Assembly: GCA_964035545.1 (NCBI GenBank)
Contig: OZ037769.1
Location: 3,577,929-3,641,928 of the forward strand
Length of the DNA: 64,000 bases
Direction of reading: 5' to 3'
Source: Bugula neritina
Taxonomy: Eukaryota; Animalia; Bryozoa
Part shown: positions 25,368 to 39,000 of the stretch, one piece after another
Layout of the letters: each line of letters begins with the position of its first letter
Numbering within the stretch: the first letter of the stretch is position 1
Position numbers and translations under genes: made by a program
The notes under the pieces: model-generated
What the model saw: only the letters and a program-made list of their open reading frames with translations
Told to the model about the DNA's origin: nothing
The model's database searches: none

Positions 25368-26347
25368 GTTCACCTGGTAAGTTCTACCCAATGCTTTCTC
25401 CAATACAGGTGATAAGCATACAGGTGAACTGGGCTGGGTTGAAAGTTTAAAAATGGAACTTTCAACCCAGCTTAGTGATAAAGTTATGTGTTGCAGCAGC
25501 TAAGAAAGCATGCTATGAAAGTTAATAGTATTAGTATTAGTTTTATATTACCAGAAACGCTATAATTTATAATGCCATGGAAAAGTCATCAGCAAGTGAT
25601 CAAAAATTCCAAATCTATTCAAAACATGTTTACACAAAGTTTGTTATAAAACAACATTGTTTAAGCATACAACCCTCAACCGGTTTGTAAATGGTAGCTG
25701 AGGTATACTTTATAGATATTTTCATAAAATGGATTGTCAGGAATTTTTTACATTTTATTTGTAGACTGCGCGAGATACTAGAGCTTAGCAGATGTGCCTT
25801 GGCCTGATGCTGAGAAAAACTGTACAGTGACCACAGACCCACATGAGAATGTGTAGAGTGCTTTGGTTAACAACTTTGAAGCTGAATGACTACATGTGGT
25901 GCATTTTGGGATATTCGTAAGCTTTGCCAAGGACTATTAAGCTATTAAAAAACATGGTTTTTCCGCAAATACACTCTTTTTCTTAACACTACCACTTCAA
26001 TCAATGTTGGCCTACTAATTTGAAAATTTCTGTATAAATGGTGTGGGTGATGCAGTCATGAGCTCTGATTACAATAGTATGCTGATATATTATTTGTTTT
26101 ATTTATTATACTATATGTTTTTTTCTACCCAAGTTTCATACAGTGACTTGATTTTAACTTTGTATGATGTATGTTGTAATATCGAAATGAAATAATAAAT
26201 ATCTTCAAATACACTCTCTATGTAGATATGTATTTAGTTATGGAATTCTAAGTTACAAATCTGTGTAGTTTTTGTAAAGATTTCTAACAGAGTTGAATGG
26301 TTGCCCCGCTATTCATTAAGTTATGCAAACTCTAAAGGTGTCAACTC

Positions 26348-26430
26348 AAAAAAACTCACGCAAGTTTATAGTTGCTATCCCTGTGAGAAACCCCTGATGG
26401 AAAGGGTTTTTGTTATGACGGGCTAAGGAC
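26348..26430 (-). mobile_element. 3' fragment of the tRNA-derived SINE family
   Basis: Matches the 3' part of the 37795-38009 element (gtccttagccc...aaaccctttccatcaggggtttctcacagggatag...aaacttgcgtgagt). Confidence 0.85.
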
Positions 26431-27649
26431 AAAAATAATTCAACATTGATGAAAAATTCTTATTGCTTTGTGTTTTGTGATAAAAACCCTTCTAATACTT
26501 TGGCTTGTTAATAAGATATCTCTAACATTCTCTATTAATATCAGATAAACATATTTAGAGGTCTCTTGAAATACCAAATAGCAACCTTCTATAAGTTTAA
26601 CAAGAGGTCTAAAATCAGAAATACCATGATGTATTAGGTTTTTACTGCAAAGTTCAAATAAGCATTCCATTTTATATAAATATACAGGCTTTTCCCCAGC
26701 ATCACATTGTAAAATATACCCAGGATTTAAACGATAAAATATATTAATATACACAAGTACATATAAGTATATATACTGTAAATACTAATGCCTGAAATTG
26801 TGCATTGCCAGTATTATTTTCTGTAAATACTACACAATAGTGCTGGTGAATAATGTAAAACATGTCAAGCCAGTAATATAATGTTAGGTTATATAGATAT
26901 TTAATGTTAAACATTTGCCAACATATTTATATTGTAGTTTAATTGTGACGAATAATTAGAATAGTGTTTAAGGTGGTTATATGCTGGTAATATAATAATT
27001 ATATTGAAACTGAGTGTTTTAGTGAAACAATGCATTATTGGGATTAAAATATTTTTGAGATCATTGTTGTATTCATCGTCTAAAAACATCATATAACTTT
27101 TTTCTTTTTGTTTTGTTCTTTCATTTTAGTTAACATTTCTTATGATTTTTTAAATGTGAAAGTTAAATTCAGGTATACAGTAAGATTTGCAATTTGCTGC
27201 TATGATGTGCTTCAAGAAGTTATTTCGGAAGTTTATTGCAATTATGTAATTTCCTACACATGTCTCAACTGAATTAATTACTGCCTAAAATAGACTTGGA
27301 TTATTTTTCTTTGTAAGTATAACATACCATGTCGATCCTATGACACTGATAAAAACACATGGAATATCCTTGACATAGTTAAGCTATAGTGGAACCTGCC
27401 AAGCAAATCATTATTAGCCATAGCAATTTAATGTTGTAACTAAACTAGAGTAGCTATTTGTAGTATTTGCCACTGACTTTCCTGTTAAATAGTACTTTGA
27501 AAAAATTACAAATTTTGCCACTTTTGCATATAGTCTGCGTCGTGTAGTTTTACTTTACAAATCAACGATTCATCCGCTTTGTAAGTTACTATTTTTTACA
27601 ATCAGCAATGAAATCTGATTCTTAGCTTTGCTTTTAGAGTCATACACAC

Positions 27650-30600
27650 ATGGCGGGTGGGTACCCGACCCAGCCACCCCCCACCTATGAGCAATCTACT
27701 GGGTTTGCCCCAAAAACATTTGCAAAGCCTGGGACAGCTGAAGCAGGCTATTCCTCACCCAGTTACTATGGTCCCACTAATCCAACTGCACCATCAATTG
27801 CACCACCACCTGCACTGTCACCCGCACCACCACCTGTGCCACCACCTGGTAATGCAACCTATCAACCAAACAACGAAGGACCTCAACTTAAGGTAATTAA
27901 TTGATCAGTTAATTTTTTACTTTAATTGTATTGTTGCTGATGACGGCCTCTAAAACAGAATGCTACTATATATTTCTTTTATGCTGAGTAAATTTGATAA
28001 AACTTGCAGTTATCAATAAATTGTGTATTAATTCTTATTATCAGCTTGACAACTTCGCAACCTTTTGTTATAACTCAATTTTCTTTTATTGCATAGTTTA
28101 AATAAAAAACTAGTTCCTTTTTACTTTATGATAAGATTTTGTTATCGCATACAATTATGGGTCATTTTACTTAATTTATTACACACTCGAAATCTCCAGT
28201 TTTAGCTATTTTGCCCAATTTATCTGGTAATGTATATGGATTTTTGTTCATAACTAATAGCATATCAATAAATACAACTAAATAGTCAAGGTTATTTTTA
28301 ATTTTGCTCAATTTCCTATGTTTTTTCTAATTATTTAGCTAGTTTGGATTTGTGGACCGTCACATATTTTGTGACGGTCACAGATATAAAACATTTAACA
28401 CATGGCGATGCCGGCTGCTTTATTGTTGGGGAATCCCTTCCCAGCCTTTTCTGTCCTACATAATTAGAACCAGCACATAAAAATACCACGTATAGTAAAT
28501 TTCAATGAATCTTGAACAGACTTTACTGTTGGGTCATAATTTGCTGGTGTACTAAATGAAATAAAATGAATATTATGCTAACTGTCAAACATATTTCAGA
28601 ATAACAACAATTTTTTGCTTTGCTAACATGTAAAATAATTACTCCCACCGGGTTCAAACCACAGACCTCCGGCTTGCATGCAGGTGGGCTAATCAATTAC
28701 GCTACAGGGGCTGCTGGGTTAACACAACACTATACACAACACTTTGGTATAATATGCTGTTTAACTTAAATTTATTTCTTTAGACTGTACAATAACTGTA
28801 CAAAACAAGAAAATATAGTGACCTTGTAAGCTGTAAGATTTAGGGATTAAAAATATTAAATTTTCAAAAAATATATATATATATATTTTTTACAATAGTT
28901 CTATTAGCACCAGACAGTATTTTTCTGCTGTGTCTATTTTAGCGAGCCCAGAACATAGCGACATGGTGGCATAGGGCTTCATTTATTGCTTGCATCCTAT
29001 TCTTCCCACTTGGGATTCCAGCAGCCATATTTACATACAAAGCCAAAAAGAGTGCAAAAAGTGGTGACATGATGAATTACTTGAAAAATATGGGCATCGG
29101 TTCTCGCTTAGCAGGAGCTGGTATTGGAGTTGGTATATCTCTCACTTTGAATATTGCCTTTCGGGTATATTCTCTTCTATTTTCTGCTTTTAGTTACATC
29201 ATTTTATTAAAATAAAAATATTTGCTATTTGTTGCTTTAATTATTTTACTTATTTATTAATATTATCATATTTTAGCTTCCATCTTGGCGCAAGGATGAA
29301 AAATATAGCAAACTACCGCCTTGGACTAGTAAGTGTTGAACCAAGGTGTAATAATAATTCTTTTCAACTGCTTATGACAAACATATTCCAGAACAAATTT
29401 AGAGTGCTTTTAATATTCTTTAAAACTTGTGATAAACCATAGTGTGCCACTAAGTTTTGAAATGCACTCTAAGTAAATCATATTCTATAGCTTATTGCTT
29501 TGTAATTCAGGTTCATATACTAGTAAGTGTGTGCACATGATGTATTATAGTATAAGTAGAACTGCTCTATCTAAAATTTTGTTTAAATGTATTCCATAAT
29601 ATATTGAAGTCGTGTAATAAAACAGATTTTTAGTACATATAATAAGTTAATTTGATATGGTTTTGACATGGAGTTAGGCTATCATGTAGGTATCATACAA
29701 TGTAAGTCTAATTTAATCACCTGTCCATTTTACATAATATTTTAATAAGTATAAAAATAATTTTTAGTGTGAAAATCTTTTTTAACTTTATGAACAGAAA
29801 CTACAATAAACAGTCAAAGTTGAAGTATAATTTCCTAATCACTTCTTGCATGTACCTTAAGCGACCATTGCCAAAACATTATTATACATTGATGATATAT
29901 AGTGGACACAAATCACTTAAATTTATAATACTTGACTTTTGTCAATAACATATTTTTATTTAGATTCGGGAATCTCAATAGGATGTTATTATGATGACAT
30001 GCAAAACATTCTTTCTGAAGATTTCAAAGATTTAGGGAGCAGCTCCAGAACTGAATGCGTGTCTTATTGCGCTTTCCAAGGTAAGTTCCACGTTCATATA
30101 AACATTCAGCTTAGCATATAGAGATATACTTGTGTGTTGCGGCATCTTATTATTATATAATGCAATGAATGTTATCAGCTTTTCACAATATTACGAAAAT
30201 GTCATCAGCAGCAAGAAATCGAAAATCCCAAACTAGTTCAGGACATGTTTGCGCAAAATTTATTATAAAACAAAATTTCCTAAACATGCGACTCTTGATT
30301 TGTAGATATTATAAGCTAAGATATATAGGTATACATTCTATTATATATGAGTATTCTAATACTGTATAAATTAAGTGCGTCAAAAATTCTTTAAGATATC
30401 AGTACTTTATACAGAAACAATTGTTTGGCGTTGACACATAACAATCAGCACCAGAGTGTATAATAGAAAACAACAGCTGATATCTTCTGGCACACTGTAA
30501 ATAAATTCTATTTTTTACTGAATATTTGTGAAATAGGAATCACTTTAATTTGCAGGATTTCTGTATGCCGGGCAGCAAGAAGAGACGCAATGTTACTGTG

Positions 30601-31594
30601 GAAACTCTTTAGAAGTCGAACTGCAGGATGATGAATGTGTTCACCATGATTACTGCAAACATGACAGGACGAAATGTGAAGAAGAATATTTTGAAGGCGC
30701 AATATACAGAACTAATTACTTAGGTGACTAATTCAACTCTTACCTTAGCCTTAAACTGTAATTGGCTAAAATGGCACCATGGTAAAATGTAAATTAAGAA
30801 CTGTGATTTGATAGTAAGAAGTAAACATGAAAAATGTATTTTTTTGAAATAAGATTTACAATTATTTTGATAAATAATTTAGCTTTTAGAAAATCGTTTT
30901 AAAGTTAAACTAACTCTTAATTTGTTGCAGGCTGTTTTAAAAGTGAAAACGGAATTGGTTTAGAGAAGCTTGTTAGTAATTTGACAGAAACATCTTCAGT
31001 GCAGTCAAAGTGCATAGACCAATGTGCTGATAAAAGTAGGTCAAGGTATTAATACCCGCCTACTCTAGCTCTACCAAACTGGGTATGCCATGCTGAAAGA
31101 AAATACATTCACATTTTGTGCATAACATAAATCTTGACCAATGGCAAACATGTTTAGCTTTAACCTTTTAATAAATTGAGAAATTAATGTAGCAGTTCCA
31201 ATGCAAATCAATTTTACAATATAAATTACATACTCTCACCAGCTGTAAAGTTTCCTTATAGCACATTTGGTATGTTATAAATAAATATATGCAGTTGATG
31301 TAAAATATTTATGCAATTTTTACAGATTACGAGTTTGCTGGAATAGAAAGCTCATACTTGTGTTACTGTGGAAACGACCCCAACAGGTACAACGCTGACT
31401 CAGAAGGGTCATGTGATGCAAGCTGCTCTTCTGGCCAATCACTGGTGTGCGGTGGCATCAGTGCTAGTTCTATTTTCAAAACTCACTTCATCAGTGAGTG
31501 GCCACATTATTATTACTATCATATGTTATTATATATGGGTGTGTGTTGTGCGTGCTTGTGTGCATGTGTTAGTGTGCTCAAGCGTGCGTATGTG

Positions 31595-31626
<32 letters not shown>

Positions 31627-33340
31627 TATATAAAAGTTTGATTACATTATTTTCTAGATAAGTAAATAATGTAATACAATTTTCAGCAGGTGAGAATCAT
31701 CACAAGTACCTGGGTTGTTACAAAGATGATATTAGTGAAAGAGATCTTAGTGGATACTCAATCAAGATTGAGAATGAAGATATCCTAAAGTCCTGCTTAG
31801 CAAACTGTACTACTCGAGGTACACACACGCACGCACTCACACACACGCACACACACACACACACACTCACACACACACACACGCGCACACACACTCACAC
31901 ACACGCACACACGCGCACACGCGCACACACACACACACACACATACACACACGCACGCGCGCACACGCGCACGCGCGCACGCGCACACCCACACACACAC
32001 ACACACATACATACATACACACACGCACACATGCACACACACGAACACGCACACACGCACACACACATACACATACGCAGTGCTTTTTATATTCTATTAC
32101 AGGTTACAGATATGCAGGACTACAGTTTGATGACAATTGTTTCTGTGGGAACAGTTATGGAAAGCATGGAAAGTCACCGGACAGTGAATGTAAAACTGGA
32201 CAAGATAGGAATGGTGTTTACAGATCTCAATATTTAGGTAATCTCAGACCTACTTCGAAAGACTCAACAACATAATTGTGTTGATGTCATTACAGTTGCA
32301 ACAAGTTTGAATGCTTTACTGCAATTTAACCTTTGTAACTTTAACATTAATTACAAAATTTATCAAATCTTTTCATAAATCAAAGGCAGAAAGAGATTAC
32401 CTTTAACCAGAATTAAAAAATGTTCAACTTTGTTATGCCATACATATATATAAACATTTTATAGAAATATATGAAATACAAGATATTATATAACCACAGC
32501 TAACACATATACTATTTCATGGTTTTATAATATTCTACTTTGATGACCTCAACCTGCTGTTATTTCTATATGTGGTTCACTAGATTACATGTAAGCAGCA
32601 ATTTGCTATGTTGATGGAATAATTTGTTTATTAGGTTGTTTTGACAATAGTGCTGCTGAGCATGCCCAGTTTGTCTCTGCCGAGTCAAGCCCATTCTCTT
32701 GCATGAAGCACTGCGAGTGGGAAGGTATTTTATTTATTTACTTATTTATTTTATCCAATTAAAGATATGACAATGATCTTTAAACGTGTTCAATGCTGTG
32801 CTTCCATTTGCTGTGAAAATATCACATGTAGCCCATACTAAAATTGCAATAATAATATTTTTTTTTTCCTTGTAGTAAATATGCAAATAGTTTATTTTAA
32901 CGTGATTTTAAAATAACAAAGCAATTAGCATTTACATTCCTTGAAGTTTTAATGAAAACTACATTATAAACTCAGCAAAAATATTATATTAGTAGTTTAA
33001 AATACTCCATTCAGGGCATAAACAATACTTTGGTAAGCTTTTTGATAACATTCATTGATACAGTTGCTTTTCATCAGTTTTTAGAATAAAATTAACAAAA
33101 CTCAAAGTTGTACCATTTGAAACTTAATAAATATAAAAACGTTAAACTTAATTAATATTTAAATGTTATATTTTAAAAGGATTTCTCTTTGCTGCACTAA
33201 AAAATGGTGGAGCCTGTTACTGCCTTCAACAACCTGACTGGGATAAGCAGGTGCTTGATGACAGGTGTGACATGCAGTGTAGCAGTGACAGGGCAAGTAT
33301 ATGTGGCTCTGAAACTACCAGCTCAGTACTGAGAATATGA
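27650..33340 (+). CDS. Gene A: Pro/Tyr-rich N-terminus + CD225 (IFITM/dispanin) domain + 4 WSC domains; 11 coding exons, 530 aa, intact
   Basis: Exons 27650-27892, 28943-29164, 29277-29328, 29964-30080, 30556-30723, 30931-31035, 31326-31493, 31687-31818, 32103-32237, 32635-32724 and 33180-33340 total 1593 nt, all GT-AG with matching phases. CD225-like segment: [27 protein letters not shown]...[18 protein letters not shown]. Four repeats of GC(Y/F)...C..C...G(Y/F).(Y/F)A...C.C(G), the WSC pattern. Confidence 0.88.
28339..28720 (-). mobile_element. Possible non-autonomous Helitron-like element with an internal degenerate tRNA-like segment; 5' end not defined
   Basis: Perfect 10-bp-stem hairpin gaccgtcaca-tattt-tgtgacggtc at 28355-28379, followed 12 nt later on the - strand by CTAG (28342-28339). 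28714-28641 reads gcagcccctgtagcgtaattgattagc...ggtttgaacccggtgggagt, with A-box- and B-box-like motifs. Confidence 0.4.
31821..32075. repeat. Compound (CA)n/(CG)n microsatellite filling an intron of gene A
   Basis: Seen directly; it begins right after the GT donor. Confidence 0.95.
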
Positions 33341-34052
33341 AACAAGTGATCAGAATATAAAGTCTTTGATATTGTTCCCTGCAAACAGTGCCATGCTTTT
33401 TTAATGAAAGTGCATTGAGAACTGCAGCATTTTTGTAAATTGTGGCCATGAAGTTAGATTCCAAAATATTGTAATCAAATTAGCAGAATAATAAGTTAAG
33501 CAGTTTTAATTAACAGTGAATTCATACTTTTTTTTCGATAATTTGTTGGTTATAAAAAAGCTTTAAAATAAAGACTAGTTTTACAAGGCTTATGAAACAA
33601 CTCATGATTAAAAAAGCTACAGCTAAACTATATAGTAGACTGTTAATGCTACACTCTTTGTGTTATATTTATTGCAATTCTAGTGTACAAAGTCAAACAA
33701 TACTTCAGTGTGAAAATAACATTTTGGGTTGTATTCAGGACAACTCATGTTTTGTTTAGAGGTTTGCAAATAAACTTCATGCGCAAAGTGTTGAGTTTAG
33801 AAGTATATATGTTTTTATTATCAACACAAAAAGCAGGAAGTTTGTGATAATGAACTTTAAATAAACATATTTGGAAAGAAAAGAAAGCACAAATTTCTGT
33901 ACAGATATAAACAATAAAAATACATTGTTATGTTATCACACATAAGCACACACATAATATATAAACAGTAATTAGTAATTTTATTGTGTTGACTTAAAAA
34001 GCTAAAAGTTTGTTCTTTTCTTTTTCTTCTTTTCCATATGAAATCAGTAAAT

Positions 34053-34252
34053 TTATACTCTAATATTACCAGCTTTTAAACAGCTACATTTTGGCACAAC
34101 GTAAACAGAACTGGCAGAAAGACCACCACGCATGGTTCCATAATCACCAGGACACTTAGTAGAACATTTTTCTTCGCTAATTCTTACATATTTGCCATAT
34201 CTGTCATCACAAGAGCAGTGTTCCCCTCCTTGTAAAGCAGCATAATTAAATT
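34053..34252 (-). pseudogene. Orphan WSC second-half terminal exon on the opposite strand (relic or separate gene)
   Basis: Acceptor gttacag| then (E)FNYAALQGGEHCSCDDRYGKYVRISEEKCSTKCPGDYGTMRGGLSASSVY..., where the conserved CGG reads RGG. A possible upstream exon lies at ~34770-34698 (CYSMYKFY...|gtaagc). Confidence 0.6.
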
Positions 34253-36057
34253 CTGTAACATGATAATTAATTAAACTATAATTGTTAAAAATCATTCTTT
34301 GCTATGAACAGCTAAACTGTGCCAACTGCTGATAGTATTATAGATATATGATATATTAAAACTTTCAGTCATTGCTGGCACAAAATATTTTTCTATATGA
34401 CGATAACTTTTTTTTTCTCTTTTAGCCACAGGGTTATTATCTCAACTATTACGCAACTTTAGTTGGCTCATTTTTTAGCTATAATATACTATAGACAAAA
34501 TGGCTTACTTTTCTATAAAACACATGGGGCATCAAAAAAACATTGTTGACTTATATTGCAAAATTGTAATAACTATATATATATGAATCATGCAGCATCA
34601 TTTACATTTGAATACTTTTTGAACATTATTGAACCTGATCAACAATCTCACATAACCTGTGCAATATAGGTGAACACAAGGTATGTGTTTTGCTTACCTG
34701 TCACATGCAGTGTAAATGTATCTGAAGTGTCTTCGTTACAGCTGTCATAGAATTTATACATGCTGTAACACCTACAGTTAAAGTTTCTAATTACATTATC
34801 TTGGAAACTACATTGTAGATATTTTAGATTTAAACTAAAGTTGAAAATATACTAGCTACAATTAGTCTAAAGTAAAGCAAATATTATTTTAAATGATTCA
34901 AGCAGTATAATATGGTATAGGGCTGTATATTAAACATAAAATAAATTTGGTAATGTAAATAATATTTAACATATCTTATGACTTCAAATATTAAGCAATT
35001 TCGAAAGTTTCCATAAATCTTTTCAAAGGGGCTCATAGAAAGTCCCCAAAAGCCTTTCAAGCAGCTCAGAAAATGCGACACTGGTTCCTGATACTTTACA
35101 CTCTTTCATGGGCTGCGCTGTAATTCTTATAGTGGTATTCAAGTGAAATTCAAGTCAAGCATAATTGTATTTATCTGAATTGGTATTTACACAGAGTACA
35201 CTAGTCAAACAGATATGCATGAGCAAGTACCTTGCATGATATTACATGTAAGTTTACACAATATTCATAAGGGCATCTCCAGTTTGATGAATAAAGGTAT
35301 GACTATATATAGCTCTTAATATTAAATTATAATAATATTATAAAATACATATTATAGCTACTGAGCTGGTAAAACACAAACAAAATTATTTAATACAATT
35401 TGTTGAAAGATAACTGTGGTAACTTACCTAAAAAGTTATCAGTCTTTTTTTTACATAAAGACTAAATTTTTCGGAATCCTTTATAGGAAATTAATAAGAC
35501 AAGCTGCAACCTATCTTGTTTTTTCATCAAGTGAGAAGCTGATTTTGCAGATGATATGCTGGGGAGAGCAGAGGAGGTTGATTGCTTTGACAATGAAAAG
35601 TTAATTTTTATAATAGTTTAATAGAGAAACTTAAATCTTCTTTGTAAATTCATCATGTTAATATCTATCAGTATATCAGAACTTTTATGCGATTCTTTAA
35701 ACTTTTTTATTGTCAAAAATTTTAGCAATCAACTGCCTTGCCAACCAAAAAAATTTAGGCTTTGTACGATTTTAAAATATTAAAAACTAATGCCAATAAA
35801 GACATAACTTATATTATATATACTTAATTGAAGCCGTTTTTAAAACATTTTGAAAATTCTTATTTATAAGATACATTATTATACATACTTGCTATATATC
35901 TGCATTTTAATTTTGTAAGCACCGTGCATATGGTTTGCTAAACAATACATTTTTAGCTACATGCAGTTCACTGCACAGCTAAATATTTGTCAGTAACAAA
36001 GTATTCAATACAATTCTGGTTTATTTATGCGGCTTCAGTTACTTCTACCTGCTAAAG

Positions 36058-39000
36058 ATGACAACAGATCCTTCTCATGGAAAGGATCAACTTCCATCTT
36101 ATCAAGACTATCTAACTACGATACATGGGATTTATACCATATCTAATTCCCCACCACCCACATACACTTCGGCAATTCAATCTTCACCAGAGACCCAAAT
36201 ACCTGCAAGAAACACACCATCTCAAAGACCCGTCCATTTCAGCAGAAACCGTCAGGTGAGACTAATATTTATATACAATATATATACATTAAATATAAAT
36301 GTACATGTATATATACATTAAATATACGCGTACATGCATAATTATATACATTAGATATAGGTGTACATGCATATATAAATTAAATATACATGTATAAATG
36401 CGTATATAATACATTAAATACTTGTTTGAGAAAGTAGGCATGCAAATAAATAACTTTATTAAAACTCGTTACAAAAAACAGAGTGGGGAGATAACAAACA
36501 AATTTTTAAACTGAGTGCATATCTATCAGTTAACATCAAAAAATATAAAAATCCTCAAACCAATTTTTTTTAAATTTCCAGGGAGCTCAACAGATGCATA
36601 TTAGTTGGGTGTGGATAGTTTTTGCTGTGATCTTTTGCTTTCCTCTTGGAATTATTGGAGCAATATTTCGCCACATGGCAATGTTAGCATTGGAGAACGG
36701 TGACCAAAAGAAAGCTACAAAGTACATAAAAGTTACTGCAATCCTTATAGTATTCAGCCTTTGCTTTGGATTAACAACTCTGTTCGTCACTGTGGCATTC
36801 TACCGTCCAATGAGTGAAGAGGTACTGCATGCTGATTATTAATAACAAAGTAAACATAATAGATGTGAACTGTGCATTTAAAAGTACTTCCTGCATGTAA
36901 ATACTACACATTTTAAATTGTACATATACAGTATAATGAATCAATCAATCAATAGATAAATAAATGAACAAGTAAATAAATAAATAAATAAGTAAATAAA
37001 TTAAGTTGCGTGCATGTGTTTTCAGTGATTAACAATTGAATTATCAGTATCATAACTAATGATTTGGTCTTACTAATAAAACTAAAAAAGCTACTATTTT
37101 TAAAGTTTTATCTATTCATTTAAATGGCTTAAATTTTACAGCAACTGCTGAATTATTTGTTTTAAATCTAGAATGTTATTTTCCATCAATACCACTTGAC
37201 CCTCTTTTTATGTATTTCGCATGCTGTAGCTGCAAGAACCATACACCTGGTTATATGTTGTAAACTCACTAGATGATAATAATAATAATAGAATATACAA
37301 ATATCAAATACCACTCAATTATTGTTTTGTTAATTAAGCAACAATCATCACAGATTAAATGTTTTCCACTACGCATATGAAATTTTTACAATTTTTCTAT
37401 TCTCTAGTTTAAACCATATATGACTTGTTATTTTCTTAATGTTTAGAATTCTTAAGTTTTAACCAGCCATTGCTTATGCCTAAAATGAATTTTAAGACTT
37501 TTTATAATGCATAGCATGGTGAAGAACTTGAAGTAAAAATCCTAGCTAAAAAACTTTTTAGTAAAACTTGTTGCTTTAAATTGTATTTTTTAGCCGATCT
37601 CAACCTACTATAACTATGACTCATATGAAGTTTTCCCGTACACAACCGCTAGTATAAGTTATGTTAAATGGAACGGTGGGTTTATTAACTTCATATTTTG
37701 ATAACTATAATTCATTCACCTAACATAGTTGAAAATGAAGTATGGAGGCATAAAAATCACAGCGTTATATATTACACATGCTTAAAGTATATCCCTGGGC
37801 TGTGGTCTAGGGGTTAAAATGTTTGACTAGTAAACACGAGGTCATGGGTTCAAACCCTGACAAAGGCCATTGGTGAAGTTAGGAAAAGCATCCAGCCATA
37901 GTTGCTCCTGTGCCTCATTTGCATAAGTCCTTAGCCCGCTTTAACAAAAACCCTTTCCATCAGGGGTTTCTCACAGGGATAGTGATTATAAACTTGCGTG
38001 AGTCTTTTAAAAGTATATCCACCTCGTGTTTAGAATCATAAAATATCTTATATTTATTTTAAGGTTTCGGCAGGTATGTTGGTTGCTATAACAACTCTGA
38101 AAAGATTCTTAGCGACCAGCCAATAGTTTTGGAGAAAGCCTCAGCACATTCATGTATTTTACACTGCGCTTCTAAAGGTATATGTCATACAATCAGCATA
38201 CTGAGTTTTTTTTTAGAAGTTTGTAGTTTAATGAAATTGTGCTGTTTTCTGATAAAAAATTGTCAAACAATTGGTTAATAAGGTTTTGGGTTGCTGGACT
38301 AGAGAGATCAACACACTGTCAATGTGGAAATAAATACGGACTCATAGGTCTAGTCATAGAGGACTACAATTGTGATGCACAATGTGAGCAGTACTACACT
38401 TGTGGTGGGACCAGCCACCAAGCCTCACTCTTTGTCACAAACTACAGAGGTTAGCAGGTTACATACAACTGTTTCGTATAAGCTAAACATATTTTGGCAT
38501 TAATTTGACATTCTGTTGACAACTGATGTGTTATATTAAAGAAAAAGTCAGTTTTATATAGGTTAGAAAAGCATGCAACTTAATTAAATAAAGTTTTATT
38601 CAATTTAAAAGTATATGCAGAAAATATTTTTACCCCGTAACTGTTTTCATTAGTTAAAATAATGTGTATAATGTGACACCCATAACGTTATTTTACATCT
38701 TTGTAATTTCAATCTGTCTAAGCAATAACTTTGATAATTATGGTAGAAATAATTACTATAAGAATATAAATATTTGATGACATATACAAGCATTAGCAAC
38801 AAATAGAGTACATTAATTATCTGCAGCATTTGGTGCTTATATAAGCAACAATTATTTTGATAAACACCAAAGACGGACAAATAGTCGAAACTATGGAAAG
38901 AGCCTAAAGTGATTATTTTATTAGTAGAACCTAAATATTCATTCTATATAATAGCTTTTTTTTATTAATTCTGCACCTTAGTAATTTTTTGTTATTATAT

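Noticed and set aside
26440-26754. 104-aa ORF on the minus strand
   Set aside because: No recognisable motif or splice structure; AT-rich intergenic or old repeat sequence.
28641-28714. Functional tRNA gene
   Set aside because: The acceptor and anticodon stems pair poorly; better explained as a tRNA-derived repeat segment.
25560-30350. Weak similarity between ~25570-25700 and ~30185-30320
   Set aside because: Probably an old dispersed repeat; its ends and class cannot be defined by eye.
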